A stretch of 64,000 nt of DNA, taken from assembly GCA_964035545.1 (NCBI GenBank), contig OZ037769.1, forward strand, positions 2,356,001 to 2,420,000, written 5' to 3'. The DNA comes from Bugula neritina. Taxonomy: Eukaryota > Animalia > Bryozoa. The notes under the pieces are model-generated. The model saw only the letters and a list, made by a program, of their open reading frames with translations. It ran no database searches and had not been told where the DNA came from. A program made the translations under genes and the position numbers. Every line of letters begins with the position of its first letter. The first letter of the stretch is position 1. Shown here piece after piece: positions 18,283 through 31,300 of the stretch.

Positions 18283-19773
18283 TGGCTGCTGCCGCAAGTA
18301 TGCTGCCTGCAGTTCACTTGTCGTTCTTTTCTACTTACTGTTGACCAGTTTTTGTGTTGAAGTTTCAGTTTTTTTTGTATGTTTTGAATGTTTGACTGGC
18401 TCTTATATTGGTGAGTTGATGAGATGTAAGATTTCTGTGAAGGCTACTCGGTGTGTCAAGTGTAAGATATCACACTGTGTAATTATGTTGTTGTTTACTT
18501 GTGGGTATTTATCTGATGTTACTCCCTGTTCATCTACATTAGACTGTAAACAAGTCTGATAATCAGACACAAGAAGGCTTTAAAACTAGTTTCATGGCAG
18601 ATAATTTCTGTAACCATGGTAACTGTAACCATGCTGACTTCTGTATTGTTATCTCCTGTGTTGTTTACGTTGTAGAACATGGGTGCCGCAGGAGGAGGTG
18701 GCTCGTATTACTAACTCTCAGAATATCAACTATATACTTAGACCTCTGCCACACCAGGCTGTCCATTGAATGCGGCCTCGTGTACCACCCCTAACTGACT
18801 AGTCATTTTATATACATAGTAGAGCCTTATGGCCAAGTCGTTTTACTCACTAACAAATCAGTCCTACTCCTTGCTTCCTTTACTTATGTCTCAGACTGTC
18901 TGTATATATAGTAATCATTCAAGTTTGTTACTCTGTTGCTGTAACCTCTGTAGGCAATCACCGTGCTCCCTATAGTTACTGGATATGCTGCGATTATTAC
19001 ACATAATCTGTTTTATACCCGCTATAGTATTAGTAAATGTGTTCTATCTACACTACGTGAATATTTGCCGTGTCACTTGTGATCGTGATTCGTCTTACAG
19101 ATGGTTCAATTGGTTGGTATTAATTAGTCCGTTTTATTTCAAATGGCTAGCCGTCAAGTCAATGTAGATTTTTTTTTCATTTTGGTGTAGTCAATCATAA
19201 ATTTCATTTTAGTAAATTATGTATACTGTTTAGTATTTCCTGATAATTCAAGGAGGTCTTCAGTTGCAGTTTGTAGATAATGATTTTTATTTTCTGCCAA
19301 CATTTGCTTTCAAGATCTTTTTGTACTGTATTTTCACTTTTCACAAGTTGTGTAAATGTATATATACATAATATATATCAATGCATGCAGTTATGTTGTA
19401 TTTTAGTCAATCGTAGTCATTTTTGCATTTAATAAATATCTTGACGGAATAACTGCTACATGTTGTTTATAATTTAACTATAAGCTATTATCAAGCTTAC
19501 AAGAATGTAGATTATAATGAGGCTAAATAGAGTTTCATGTAGACAATACCACCCGATTTGTAACCTAGCAAGTTCCAAACTGTAATTAAAGAGTTGCCCT
19601 TTCTCTATAATGGTTCAAAGGCTCGTTTATCATAATAATTGTTTCAAAGTTAAAAGCAATATGTTGTGGGTAGTTTTTTATTTTCATTAGTTAGATCCTT
19701 CAACAAATTGTTTTCTTTGTGTGTAAATACACTTTATGTAGGATTGAAGTTACCCCGTAACAATGTTAACAAT

Positions 19774-22700
19774 ATGGCGTCGTTAATCGGTAAACTTTTG
19801 TTTTCAGTTGCCCTATTTTTCTTTTTCCTAGCTTTTATTTTCGTAATAGTCGCTTATTCCACTTTTTGGTTAGTACCTCGTGATAATTATACTCAGGATA
19901 CTAAACGAGTTGATGGGGTTGGGCTAAAACGAGCTTGTTTTACTGAGTTTATTTTCCCACTTGGTCTCGATCCAAGTAACTTCGAAATTAACGGATGCTA
20001 TGACAACACCAGAGACAGTCCAACGTTTGCACGAATTAAGAATATTGATGTGTGGAGCCCACGTAAGAAAATTTATGAATATTTACAGGAATAAGTTTGC
20101 TTTCAAATTTAATTTAAAGCTTCTAACGTTGAAGTATGCTACTTAATTTTAGTGAGACACAGTTTCATTTTCAGTTTGACTTTCACTTTGAGTTAGTGAG
20201 TTAACGTTATTGTTGATTAAATTTGATTAGCTACGATCATTTTTATGATTATGATAAAGAATAAGATAACCTCCGGCACTTTGACTTGTTTAATTTTTTA
20301 TGCTGATATTTTCTAGCGTTTTGTTTGCTATGACCACCACAAGTCCACAATTAATCGTATTACAGTAATGTAATAATTATAATATTAAGTATTAATAATA
20401 ATATTAATTGTATGTTATAAATGTTTTGATTTATATTCATTTTGAATTAAATATTTACTACCAGAACTACTCATACTGATATTTAGAGTAGTTGCTCAAG
20501 GCTAAAATAAATTCAAATTGCTGTACTTATTATTAAATTGGCTTTCAGTTTCTAATAATTATTATATCAATATGATTATGCAGAGCCTAATAGTACTACT
20601 GTGCAAAACTCCTGCTTTGAATAGTTTTATTGTTGGCTTTTCCAAGATTTTGCACGATTAGCCCAACTTACCTGGCTCAAGCTAGATTCTTAAGTTCTCA
20701 GCTGTTCACATGTGCATTCAGTTCAAAGCTATCTCTGTACCAAACGCTATGATGTCATAGCTCCAATCACAACAGAACTATAACTCTGCAGATTTAAGAA
20801 TGTTGGGTCCATGATTTGCAAGAACTGTGTCAAGTTTCAAATTTATGAAGTTATATAATTTCAAAGGAAAAAATTGAAGCCACTGACCTACCTTTTGATA
20901 AACTGTACTGTATCAGCTGAAGTTTTCTTGGATGTATTTTAATAGGATGGTTCCAAACTATTCAAGACATGCATCTTGGCTGCATTATAATGATGGTATT
21001 CAACCTGCTATTCTTTGGTGGGTTTCTTGCCATCTACTTCTATGTAGAATACAGAAAGAGCAAGGAAAAGGAGTCATCTCCCTGTTTAATCATTATGAAA
21101 TGTGGGCTAGCACTCTGGTTTATTTTCACACTTGTCATTGGTAAGCTTATTAGAATATTCTCAGAGAAAGCTATGAGTAAATTCATACTAGAGGATGTTA
21201 GTTGTATATCGAGCAAAGTTGAGATGATAAAGGAGTTTTATATTCTACAGGTCTCCTTTTGCTAGTTGAGCCTATTTTGTTCTACACCGGCTATTCCCGG
21301 GAGTCGTCTACCTTTTATCGTAGTGACCATGGATTCAACTATGGCCCAGGATTCGGATTGACCATTGGCGCGGCTGTCAGCATGCTCATATCCGGTGGCA
21401 TCGGTATTGCTCTGTTCTGTGGAATAGTAAAACATATCATAAAGACACTAAAATACCCTCAGGTGAGTCAGCAGTGACATGTAGTAAAATGTAGGATGGG
21501 TATAAGCACTTGCTCAACTTTTTTCATTTGATTCTTCTCATTATAACTGAACCATACTACGAGTACTTTTGTTTTGATGTTAAATAATGCTGTTAATATT
21601 GGTCATATGTTTGCTGCCTGTTTGCTGCCTCTATCTATGATTGTGCTCTGCTTTGTAGTCAAGAGAAGATGATTACTATAGTCAAGACGACAGCCAGTAT
21701 TCTCCTTCAGAGGTGGACGGACTCTCCCAGTCAGATGAGCAGCAGGTGAGGAAAGACCCGGATGGTGTTGATGAGTCAGAGGTCATTGAGAATTTCCAAG
21801 GTCAACCGACAATGCGAGATAACAGGAAGTCCACTACTAGGTGATTAAATTTTCACTTCTCTGTACATAAGGTGTTCCTTTGACGTACTGTTTATTTTCA
21901 GCAATAAAATGTTTTGTATTTGGTATTTACTGGGCTAGTTTCAGTGAAATGATTCATTTTAAGTCGGGAAAATACTTGTATATATATTTGTTAGTCTGTA
22001 TAGTTAACTATTTTCTGGTGTTCTTGCAACTCTCAGCCTCTCGAAGTACACAAGTGGAGACGAAGCTCCCGACAGTAAGCCGGTGCCTGCCCCGCGCCGC
22101 TCCGTTAATTCAACTCCTGTGCAGCCCTCCCCAGAGAGACAGAGTTCTTCAGGACGAGACGTGGAGATGAGATACTCTGCTAGTCCGTCTGGGGGTACGT
22201 TTCAACTCACTGACTCTAGAATTACGTTATGTCTTGTCTATGACTGCTTACGCTGATACCCTTCCTTGTATATATATTCAGTATTTTTGGGTTTTATGTA
22301 ACTTAGTCTAATGAAATGGCCTTGGCTCTTCTAGTCAACACTTTTATGTGTCTACTTATGATGGCCAGTATTTGCACTGAGTTTCACAATGTATTTTCTT
22401 GTCTGTGATTATGTAATAAATCAATCAAATGGACTATAGCCCGCAATCTTCACTCTATCATAGTGCGTGTTCTTCTCCCCCTCTTAACTGTTGCTACTGT
22501 CACGCAGGCTCCCAGGCCCCGAGTGTGCGGTCCATGCGACCCATGCAGTTTCAGTACGACTTCAAGCCGGGTCTAGGTTATGTGCCGAAGACTTCTGCTC
22601 GTCCAGCAAGCGATGTCGAGAGTCAGTACTCCTCAGCCAATCAGAGAGCTAGCTTGTCTCCTCGTGGGCCACCACCAGCTGGTGGGAAGTTGTACGTTCC

Positions 22701-23306
22701 CCCCTCCAGGGTAAGTCAGATTGTTCTTCAGTCTATTTTAAGTTGCTAAAGACCCAAGCAGTGGCAAAAGTCAAATCATCGCCTTAACTAGAATTCTAAC
22801 TAGATCAGTGATGAATTTCTGGTTATCCCATCGCTGCCACCATGTAGTGTTATATGAGTAAGCTATATTGTGCCCTGAACATGTTAACTGGTTGAATAGT
22901 ACATAAGAGAGTGAAAACAGTATATACGTAAAGCATTAGCTTTTTATCTGAAAGCTTTATATAGCTATTTCTCTAAAAGCTTGTATAGAAACAAAGCTGT
23001 AATGCCAGGAAGATCCTGTTAGGTTACCTTGTCATGATTAAGCTACCTGTCTTGTTAGATTCTCTGTCGAATCATTTGTGTTTGTATAAACATGTAATAG
23101 TAACTGTTGTGTTCTTTCAGTCCTCATATGCTGGGTCTGTCGCCGGTCACACAGATACGGAGAGCTTGCAGAGTGATAGAAACAGATCTGTGAGTAGATC
23201 TTCACCAGGAAGGCAACCCGCAGAGCCGCCTGTACCAATGAAAGTTGTGAAGCCCAAGACCAACACCAGTGCCAAGCACAGTCGCTATGCTGCATCCGGG
23301 TGGTGA
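19774..23306 (+). CDS. Claudin/PMP22-superfamily 4-TM protein (invertebrate claudin-like) with a long Ser/Pro-rich tail, ~474 aa
   Basis: Exons 19774-20062, 20946-21140, 21251-21462, 21659-21840, 22037-22194, 22508-22710, 23121-23306, all in phase. Four hydrophobic segments; ECL1 W..GLKRAC..GC matches the claudin W-GLW-C-C signature; WFQTIQ before TM2; YGPGFGL before TM4. Confidence 0.75.
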
Positions 23307-25333
23307 TGGAAAGACACATCTCGGGCTATTTGCAATACCTCTTCAGGGCTATTATATGCATGGGCTTATCAGTATTTAATGAGAATGCATATACTGAGGT
23401 TGCAACACTTTTGTATCGTCTATATAGTATAGGTTACATTTATTTTCGTGCCATGTGCTCATTGGCTGTCAGGAACATTTATTTTTGACTGTTTTTATAA
23501 AAGTTCTGTGAGCTTACAATGATTATTTTTTAGAATGGCTTATCGCCTCCACTCAACCCTGGCTTGGTAATTACTTCATAAATTTTGGTGAATTTTTCCT
23601 ATCTTTTATGGTTGTTTTCTAAGCTATTCAATCTTTTTTTCATTAGATATTAGGATCCTTGTCGAGTATAGGCACAGTTTTATTATTTCTATTATATTTT
23701 ATCTTAGACGGATTATTGTACACTGGAGAAGATCCAGCATTACTCATATCTCTAGTTTTCCTTGCCGCACCCCAAAATATCTATCTTAGCTAGTTACCTC
23801 ATCAACTTCACATTCCAACATTCAGAAAATTTTATCTATATTATATAGCAGTTACTTTATTATATTTTAAATTATGCTGTATTTTTTAATTTACATGTTA
23901 CTTTTGCCCATTGATCATACATTCCTTCTAAAACCTATTTTTACGATGTTTTATTAGTAAATATCTGTTAGCTAAACCTTTTGATACAAGAAATACATAA
24001 CTAGATTTCACCTGCCTAATCTATACTCAACCGTAAGCAAGTTTTTCTTGCAAAGTGTTATTTGAGAATACCTCCTGATATAGCTGGTTGAAACAGCCTC
24101 TCCAATGTATTATTTCTCAATGTCGGAGCTAGTTAGTGCTACTAGGCAGTACCTGACTTATGTAGCTGTTCATTGGAATTCCACCACAGTGTATAGTACT
24201 GAAATTTTGGTAGTGTTATTGGCTACCAAATAGTCGACAAGTTTTAAAATAAACTTCATATGTATGGGTCTTTTTAAAGCTCAGATGAAAAATATAGTTT
24301 TTAATATCTAAGTGTCTCGCACAGTTTGTTTTATTGATAAAAAATAAGTGAAGGACCCTATACAATCTTCAGCCATAAAACTTTGAGCTATAATAAAAAC
24401 AGTGTTTAATGCTACAATATGCAGGACTTTAGAGAAGGTTAACTTGCAGTAGAAGTTGCATCTTTACTGGTCATGTTTCCAAAATCACTAGAAAAATAGC
24501 CTGAATGACTTACTGGTTCAGATAACAGACCTGCAAGGTAAAGCTTTAGACTCTACTGCAAGCAAACCATTCCCAACAGAAGGCGAAGTATTGCCAACAT
24601 ACAGTAATTCAACTACCATAATTCTCTGCTATAAAACTGAAGAGCTGATTGCTCAGCACAAAAATGCAGTTACAGAAACTCTGTTTACTAATTTTTGAGT
24701 TCAAAAATAATACTACTGAAAAGACAAAATATCTGAGATAATAATGACCGAAGGACTTTTTTCTGGTAAACTATATCACCCAATAAACTGAAAAAAATAA
24801 TTCAGCAGTGTGTAAAGCAATATACAAAATATATACATTTATGGCAATATTAAATACGAAACTAAGCACTGTTTACGATACAATAAAGTCCTACAGATTA
24901 TTATTTGTACGAGACAATCCATCATCTCACGGAGATGAAAAAGTAGAGATTGACCAATTACGGCATAGCTTAGACTGAGGGTAAGAACTGTGAAGGAGCG
25001 TTATATGAATTGCCTAGGAGTTATGCCACCACAGATGAGGTAAGGCTGCGTGACAGCCTCCCTAACCGAGCCGTGTCATTTTAAGTACTGCTTATATACA
25101 TGGTGTGGTGAGTATGACCAAAACTAATCAAAGATTAGTTTTGACATGCTGACCAAAAATCTAAATACAAAAAAAAAACATATATAATTATATTATCAAA
25201 CTTTGAAGCCATTTAGAGCTATACAAGTTCTGTAAAGATGTATCATAACTACATCTACCAAAATTCTGCAGGAGAGTTTTTGGCATGTTTCCAAAGTCAT
25301 AACTGGCTGCCACCAACAGCTAGCTGAGTTGAC

Positions 25334-28300
25334 TCAGACATTCTGACTAGTGGAGGGCTGGTTTGAGTAAGGGGAGCTGGAGGTCGCCCCGTAACTGTCG
25401 GTGTAGCTGCGATATTCATTGACAGGATGTAGTTCGCTGTCCGTCATGAAATGCCGTACTTCAGTCAGATTTTCATCACCTGAGAATATTTCATGCATAC
25501 GTAATGTAATCTGCTTTACCACTAACACAGTTATATTGAACTGAACGTTATGCCACTTATTTACAATAGGAATTTATGTTAATGATTTACAGTAGGAAGA
25601 TACTGGGGCACTTGGATGTTGATAGATTTATAGCTTTACAACACCAAATCATGTTCAACATCGTAGTTTCCTATATTATTCACCAAAAAAGGAGAAATAG
25701 AATACAAGTGAAGTCAAGAAGAAGTTTCAATAGCCTAAATCCTTTAGTTTACTTGTAGATTTTACATCTAGAACTTAGGCTTCTCCCAGTACCTACATGA
25801 CCACGCCCACTCGAAATAGAATCTTTATTCCCATCTCATCATACTCTGGTGGAAACAACATTTAGCTCAATGTGAATACCTACTAAACTTGTATGAAATA
25901 TATTATTGACCTCAATCACTCTTTAACGGCACAATTATTGTCTTACTATCATTAAAAAGAACTTGTGATACATTTGTTTACTTCAGTCGTCTCAAAACAA
26001 GAAAGCACATGCTGCCTTACTGCAACAGCTCTTGACATGGATTTTATAGAAACACATCAAGCTATTCTATTAGAATATGACATGCTGACTAGTGGTACAC
26101 AAAGGCAGCGTATGACTCACCAATCTGTCCCATGTTGGTCAGACGGTCCTGCTGCCGCAGTTCATGCATGTAGAGCATGCTGACACCCATGTCACTGCCA
26201 TCACAGTTAGAGGAGTGAGTGTTTCGGTCCCTGAGACTTGACTCTAGAATATACAATAACTACTAGTATCCTATCCCATCACTATTAGCGCATTACTCTC
26301 AGCGGAGAGTTTGTATACATTAAACAGAACTAATAACCACCATAGCACTACAGAAAAACTCGCGCAAGTTTATAGTTACTATCCCTGTGAGAACCCCTAA
26401 TGTAAGGACTTATTCATATGAGGCACAGGAGCAATTATGACTGGATGCTATTCCTAACATCACCAATGGCCTTTACTGGGATTCGAACCCATGACTTCAT
26501 GCTTACTAGACTAACACTCTAATCCTAGACCACAGCTGCTCCCACCAAAACACCACATATATGTATAGTTCACTGCTCCTGTTTTGAGATGATAATTCCT
26601 ATTAACCAATTAATAACACACAATGGTGATCATTACAATGAAACTAATCAGTTATAAATTTCCAAATAACATGAAGCTATAAATTAATAAGCAATTAATA
26701 ACACCTGAAAATTATCTCCACTTCAGTCCCAGTGTATATTTGTGGAAGTCATTTGACAAGCGAAAACAATGGCAATATGCAAATTAAAAAGGATCATCAA
26801 AATTATAATAAAATCTTATTGAGGTTCTGCACAAGAATTACAATCAGAACCACTAAACACAAGGAAAATTGCTTGGGGTTTCCACTCTACTGAAATGTGA
26901 AACAATAAATTTGTGAGTGGCAGATTATTAGAAGTAGTCCAGGTAGGAGCATGAGTATTTACAATACAAACTAGTAAATACTTGAGAATCTATAGAACTT
27001 ACCAGCAACAACATAGCTGTCAGATCTGGGCATTTGTGAACCAGTCTTTTCCTGAAACAAATGTCAATGTGCAGGTGACTATCACAATGTAACTCATGTG
27101 TATAACTAACATAATACGTCTCTTAGGTATACTATCTTGAGCTGGCAGACACAGCTGCGTAAATGAGCACTGATAGGAAGTGAGTCATCGAGTTAGAGTA
27201 TAACTGAGAGTAGTGACTCACTGAGTTATAGTATAACTATGAGTAGTGACTCACTGAGTGGAGTATAACTAAGAAAAATGACTCACTGAGTTAGAGTATA
27301 ACTAAGAGTAGTGACTCACTGAGTTAGAGTATAACTAAGAGTAATGACTCACTGAGTTAGAGTACAACTAAGAGTAGTGACTCACTGAGTGGAATATAAC
27401 TGAGAGTAGTGACTCACTGCATGAGTAAGAGTATAACTAAGAGTAGTGACTCACTGAGTAAGAGTGAAGAGAACTTAGAGACTGAGTGACTGGAGGAGGT
27501 GAAAGTGGAGGCAGATGAAGTCCAGAAGTCGACTGTTTGTCTTGTCTGAAACTCTTCTGAATGTCCTGCAGATATCTCTCGGCAGCTTCTGGTGGCTGCC
27601 ATGTTGGATTCATTATCTGAGAACAAACCACAAACACAGCGTGATGTTTGGATAAATTGATTTTCTGCTCATTACAGAACAGCGCATCAAAAGACAAAGT
27701 GCCAGACTTTTACAGCAGCAGACTACTGACAGGAAATACGTGGCAGTAGGGAATGCAACAGAAGATAACTCTAAAACTGTGAGCTTGCCTTCTGCTAATC
27801 ATAAAATATATAAAAAAATATTGTAATATTTATAAACATGCAAGGACTTGAACAGATAGTGAGAAATGTTATGAGTAATATGCAAAGCATATAACTTTTT
27901 AGAACTATATTAACACAATATAATAAGTAAGATATAAAGTTATCTGAAAACTCACTGAGAAATGAACTAATGAGAGCTCGGTTTTCCCATGCTCAGCCTG
28001 CTGGTGAGTTTCAGTAGTTGTCTTACCAGCTGAACTCCACTAAAAACAGCATCAAACATTGAAATCTAATGGGAAAATGCTATGCGAGACAATCATATAA
28101 GATTATCGCCAGAAGTCAACAAAATTGAGATGAGCATTAACTAGAAGAATACGTACTATCAGTACTTATAACACAATCAATATGAACAAGCAACTGTCAC
28201 AGAGTAATACTAGTGTATAACCGCAGCAGGAAGAAGTCTCAGTACCACGAACCTTCTTGTTGCCGTGTTTACGAATATTCATTTGAGCGAACGAACAAAC

Positions 28301-31300
28301 ATCCCCCACTCCAGAAACGTCTACAGTGAAGTTCCTGTAGAAATCTACTATTTCCAACGAGCTGTGCCTCACTTTGAATATGAGTATGAGTGGAGTGATG
28401 AGGGGGCTGAGAAGTTCCTGTAGCAACGCCGTCTGCAACATATGAGAGAGCTGAGGCTATGTAATACGAGAGAGCTGAGGCTATATTATATGAGAGAGCT
28501 GAGGCTATGAAATATAAGAAAGCTGAGGCTATATTATATAAGAGAGCTGAGGCTAGATAATATGAAAAAGCTGAGGCTATATAATATGAAAAAGCTGAGG
28601 CTATATAATATGAGAGAGCTGAGGCTATATAATAGGAGAGAGCTGAGGCTATATAATAGGAGAGAGCAAAGGCATTTCTCACCCCTTTAAACTGAAACAA
28701 TTCTCCGAATTCGTCTCTCACTTGGCTAGTGTGAGCTTTGTCCTTCCAGTGGTGCGGGTGATAGTGAATATGCGACAACACTTGGGTCATCTTGGTGTTA
28801 GGATCAAACACCATGTTCTAGAAAGATTACCAACAGTATTATCACTAGTACTATTACTATCATCCATAATAATAATACTAATACTACTAAAATTGCAAGG
28901 ACTAATACAGCTACTGGTATTAATATATCTACTAACACTCTGATCACTAATACCACCACTTCCACTAATACTGCTACTTGTAGAATTACTACTACTTATA
29001 ATTTCAGTACACTACTACTACTAATATCGCTGCTAACAATACAATTACTTCTACTAATACTACTATTTACAATAATACTGTCACTAATACTAAATTACTA
29101 TTAGAATTACTATTACTATTACAAATACTCCTACTACTAGTTGAAGGTTACTAACCTCTGGAGGTATCAGCATGGTACTCATACTCAACACCATCCCAAT
29201 TCCACCCATCAGAGTGATCATATGCTGTATCTGCAGCACGTCCTCGTCGTACCAGGTCAATACCACCAGCACAAACAGCACAGCACCAAACACAAACGTC
29301 ACAAACCTGCAAGATATATCATAAAATATACAAGAAATGGCACAAACCTAGTATCACAATTCACTTTTACAGTAAAACAATCTACAATGTTGGAAAGCAT
29401 GGAAAAATATAAAACTATAGTGTCGAAATATTTAAATTGACTATCAGCTAATATTCTTCTATCATTAAAAGAATAACAATTGCAGTTTTACTACTTCTAA
29501 GTGTGTTCCCTAGCAACACAAACCGTTTCCCTAGTAACATAAACGGCTTCCCTAGTAACATAAACTGCTTCCCTAGTAACACAAACTGCTTCCCTAGTAA
29601 CACAAACTGCTTCCCTAGTAACATAAACTGCTTCTCTAGTATCATATACTGCTTCCCTAGTAACACAAACTGCTTCCCTAGTAACACAAACTGGTTCCCT
29701 AGCAACATAGACAGGAAGAGGAAGTGACATAATACCTTCCAAAAATGGCAGGAAGTGGGGACATAAAGCTGTTGACGTAATCACTACTTGGTTGGTAAGC
29801 CTGGCAGAGTCTCTTGTCTAGCTCGTGGTCCAGCTCATTGAAATGTCTGAGATAGGCTCGGGAGTAGAGAGACCTGAGAACAAGCACAGAGAGCAATGAA
29901 TGTCAATACTCACTAGAGTACAACGCATGGACTGTGGTAATGGCAAAAATGGAAAAATTAGGTAAAAATGGCATACTGATGTTCAATTTACCCAAACCCC
30001 AATATTGAAAATTTGCTATTTTTACCTACTTGTGCCATTATTACCTGTGCCATTTTCATAGTGATAATACCATATTAGATACAGAAATGAAGAATGTAGT
30101 CCAGTTTTGGTACTAAGTTCAAATTAAACAATTAGTTTTGATATGACAACTCCTTATATTAAAACATATGGTAGATTTTACTACAGAACTGATGCTATAC
30201 TTCAAGTCCCACACCAATCTGATTTATGATAATCCAAATATATAAGCTTACAATGAAAACTCATAAAAATGAAAGTATTATAAAAGCATAAAGTGTTGGA
30301 GTTCTGTACCAGAATTATCTAAAAAACCAAAAACAATTCTAAGTACATGTAAGTGGCTGGCAGTTGAAATAACAATTGAATGATTTATTGTTCCAAGACT
30401 CCAATAAATCCCATAGAAACAAGAACTCATAAAGTTAAAAAAGCAACACACTGACAATAATTCACCACTTCTACAATATTAAGTTCTAGCAAATTTACCA
30501 TCTGCGTGACCCGAGGAATCCTGGATCTCTCTTCACCATATTGCCGTAGACAAACAGGAAGTAGAGGATGTGCCAGAGGAAAATGATTGGACACAAGACT
30601 AGGTTGACAACTCCAAGGATAAGTATCTTGGTAGACAGTCTAAAAGAGTATGAACATCATACTGTACTAAGCAAACTCTCCGATAGTCTGCATAACATGT
30701 ACAGGAAGTAGTGACCTAGTAAAAGCAAATGCTTACTATTTTTAGGTGTACCATCAAACAATTGACTCAAAAAAAGATGCTATCAATTTTTTTATAAGCA
30801 GAGTGTTTGCCGCAATGAGCTATTTCTAGGTTAGTTTCAAGTATAAGTCATGACAATTTCCATACCGAATGAATAATAAGCCAGATTAATCAGTACATGC
30901 CTGGAAATATTGGTGAAGTGTACAGATACTACCAATTAATTAGAACTTATGGGTTTATATTCCAATGGTTATTATTTTTCAATCTTTATTGATTTTGTGA
31001 CGAGGGTTGTCTCATATACAGTTGACAGCATTATCTGCTGTAAAATTTAGTTTCAGTTCTTGGCTTATATATATGTGGTGCTAAATATTGAGAATAAAGT
31101 TAACTTACCGTTATTTAGTTATGTTAGATATATAGTATAACTTACCCTTAGCTATTATATGTTAGATATATAGTATAACTTACTGTTTAGCTAGTGATAT
31201 TCTCTTGTGGGCATTTTTATATTCATCCTTGACATGGTAGGGATTTTTAAATGGCGAAATGTTCCACCCGGGCATCCAAAATAATATCCACTCCAAGTTG

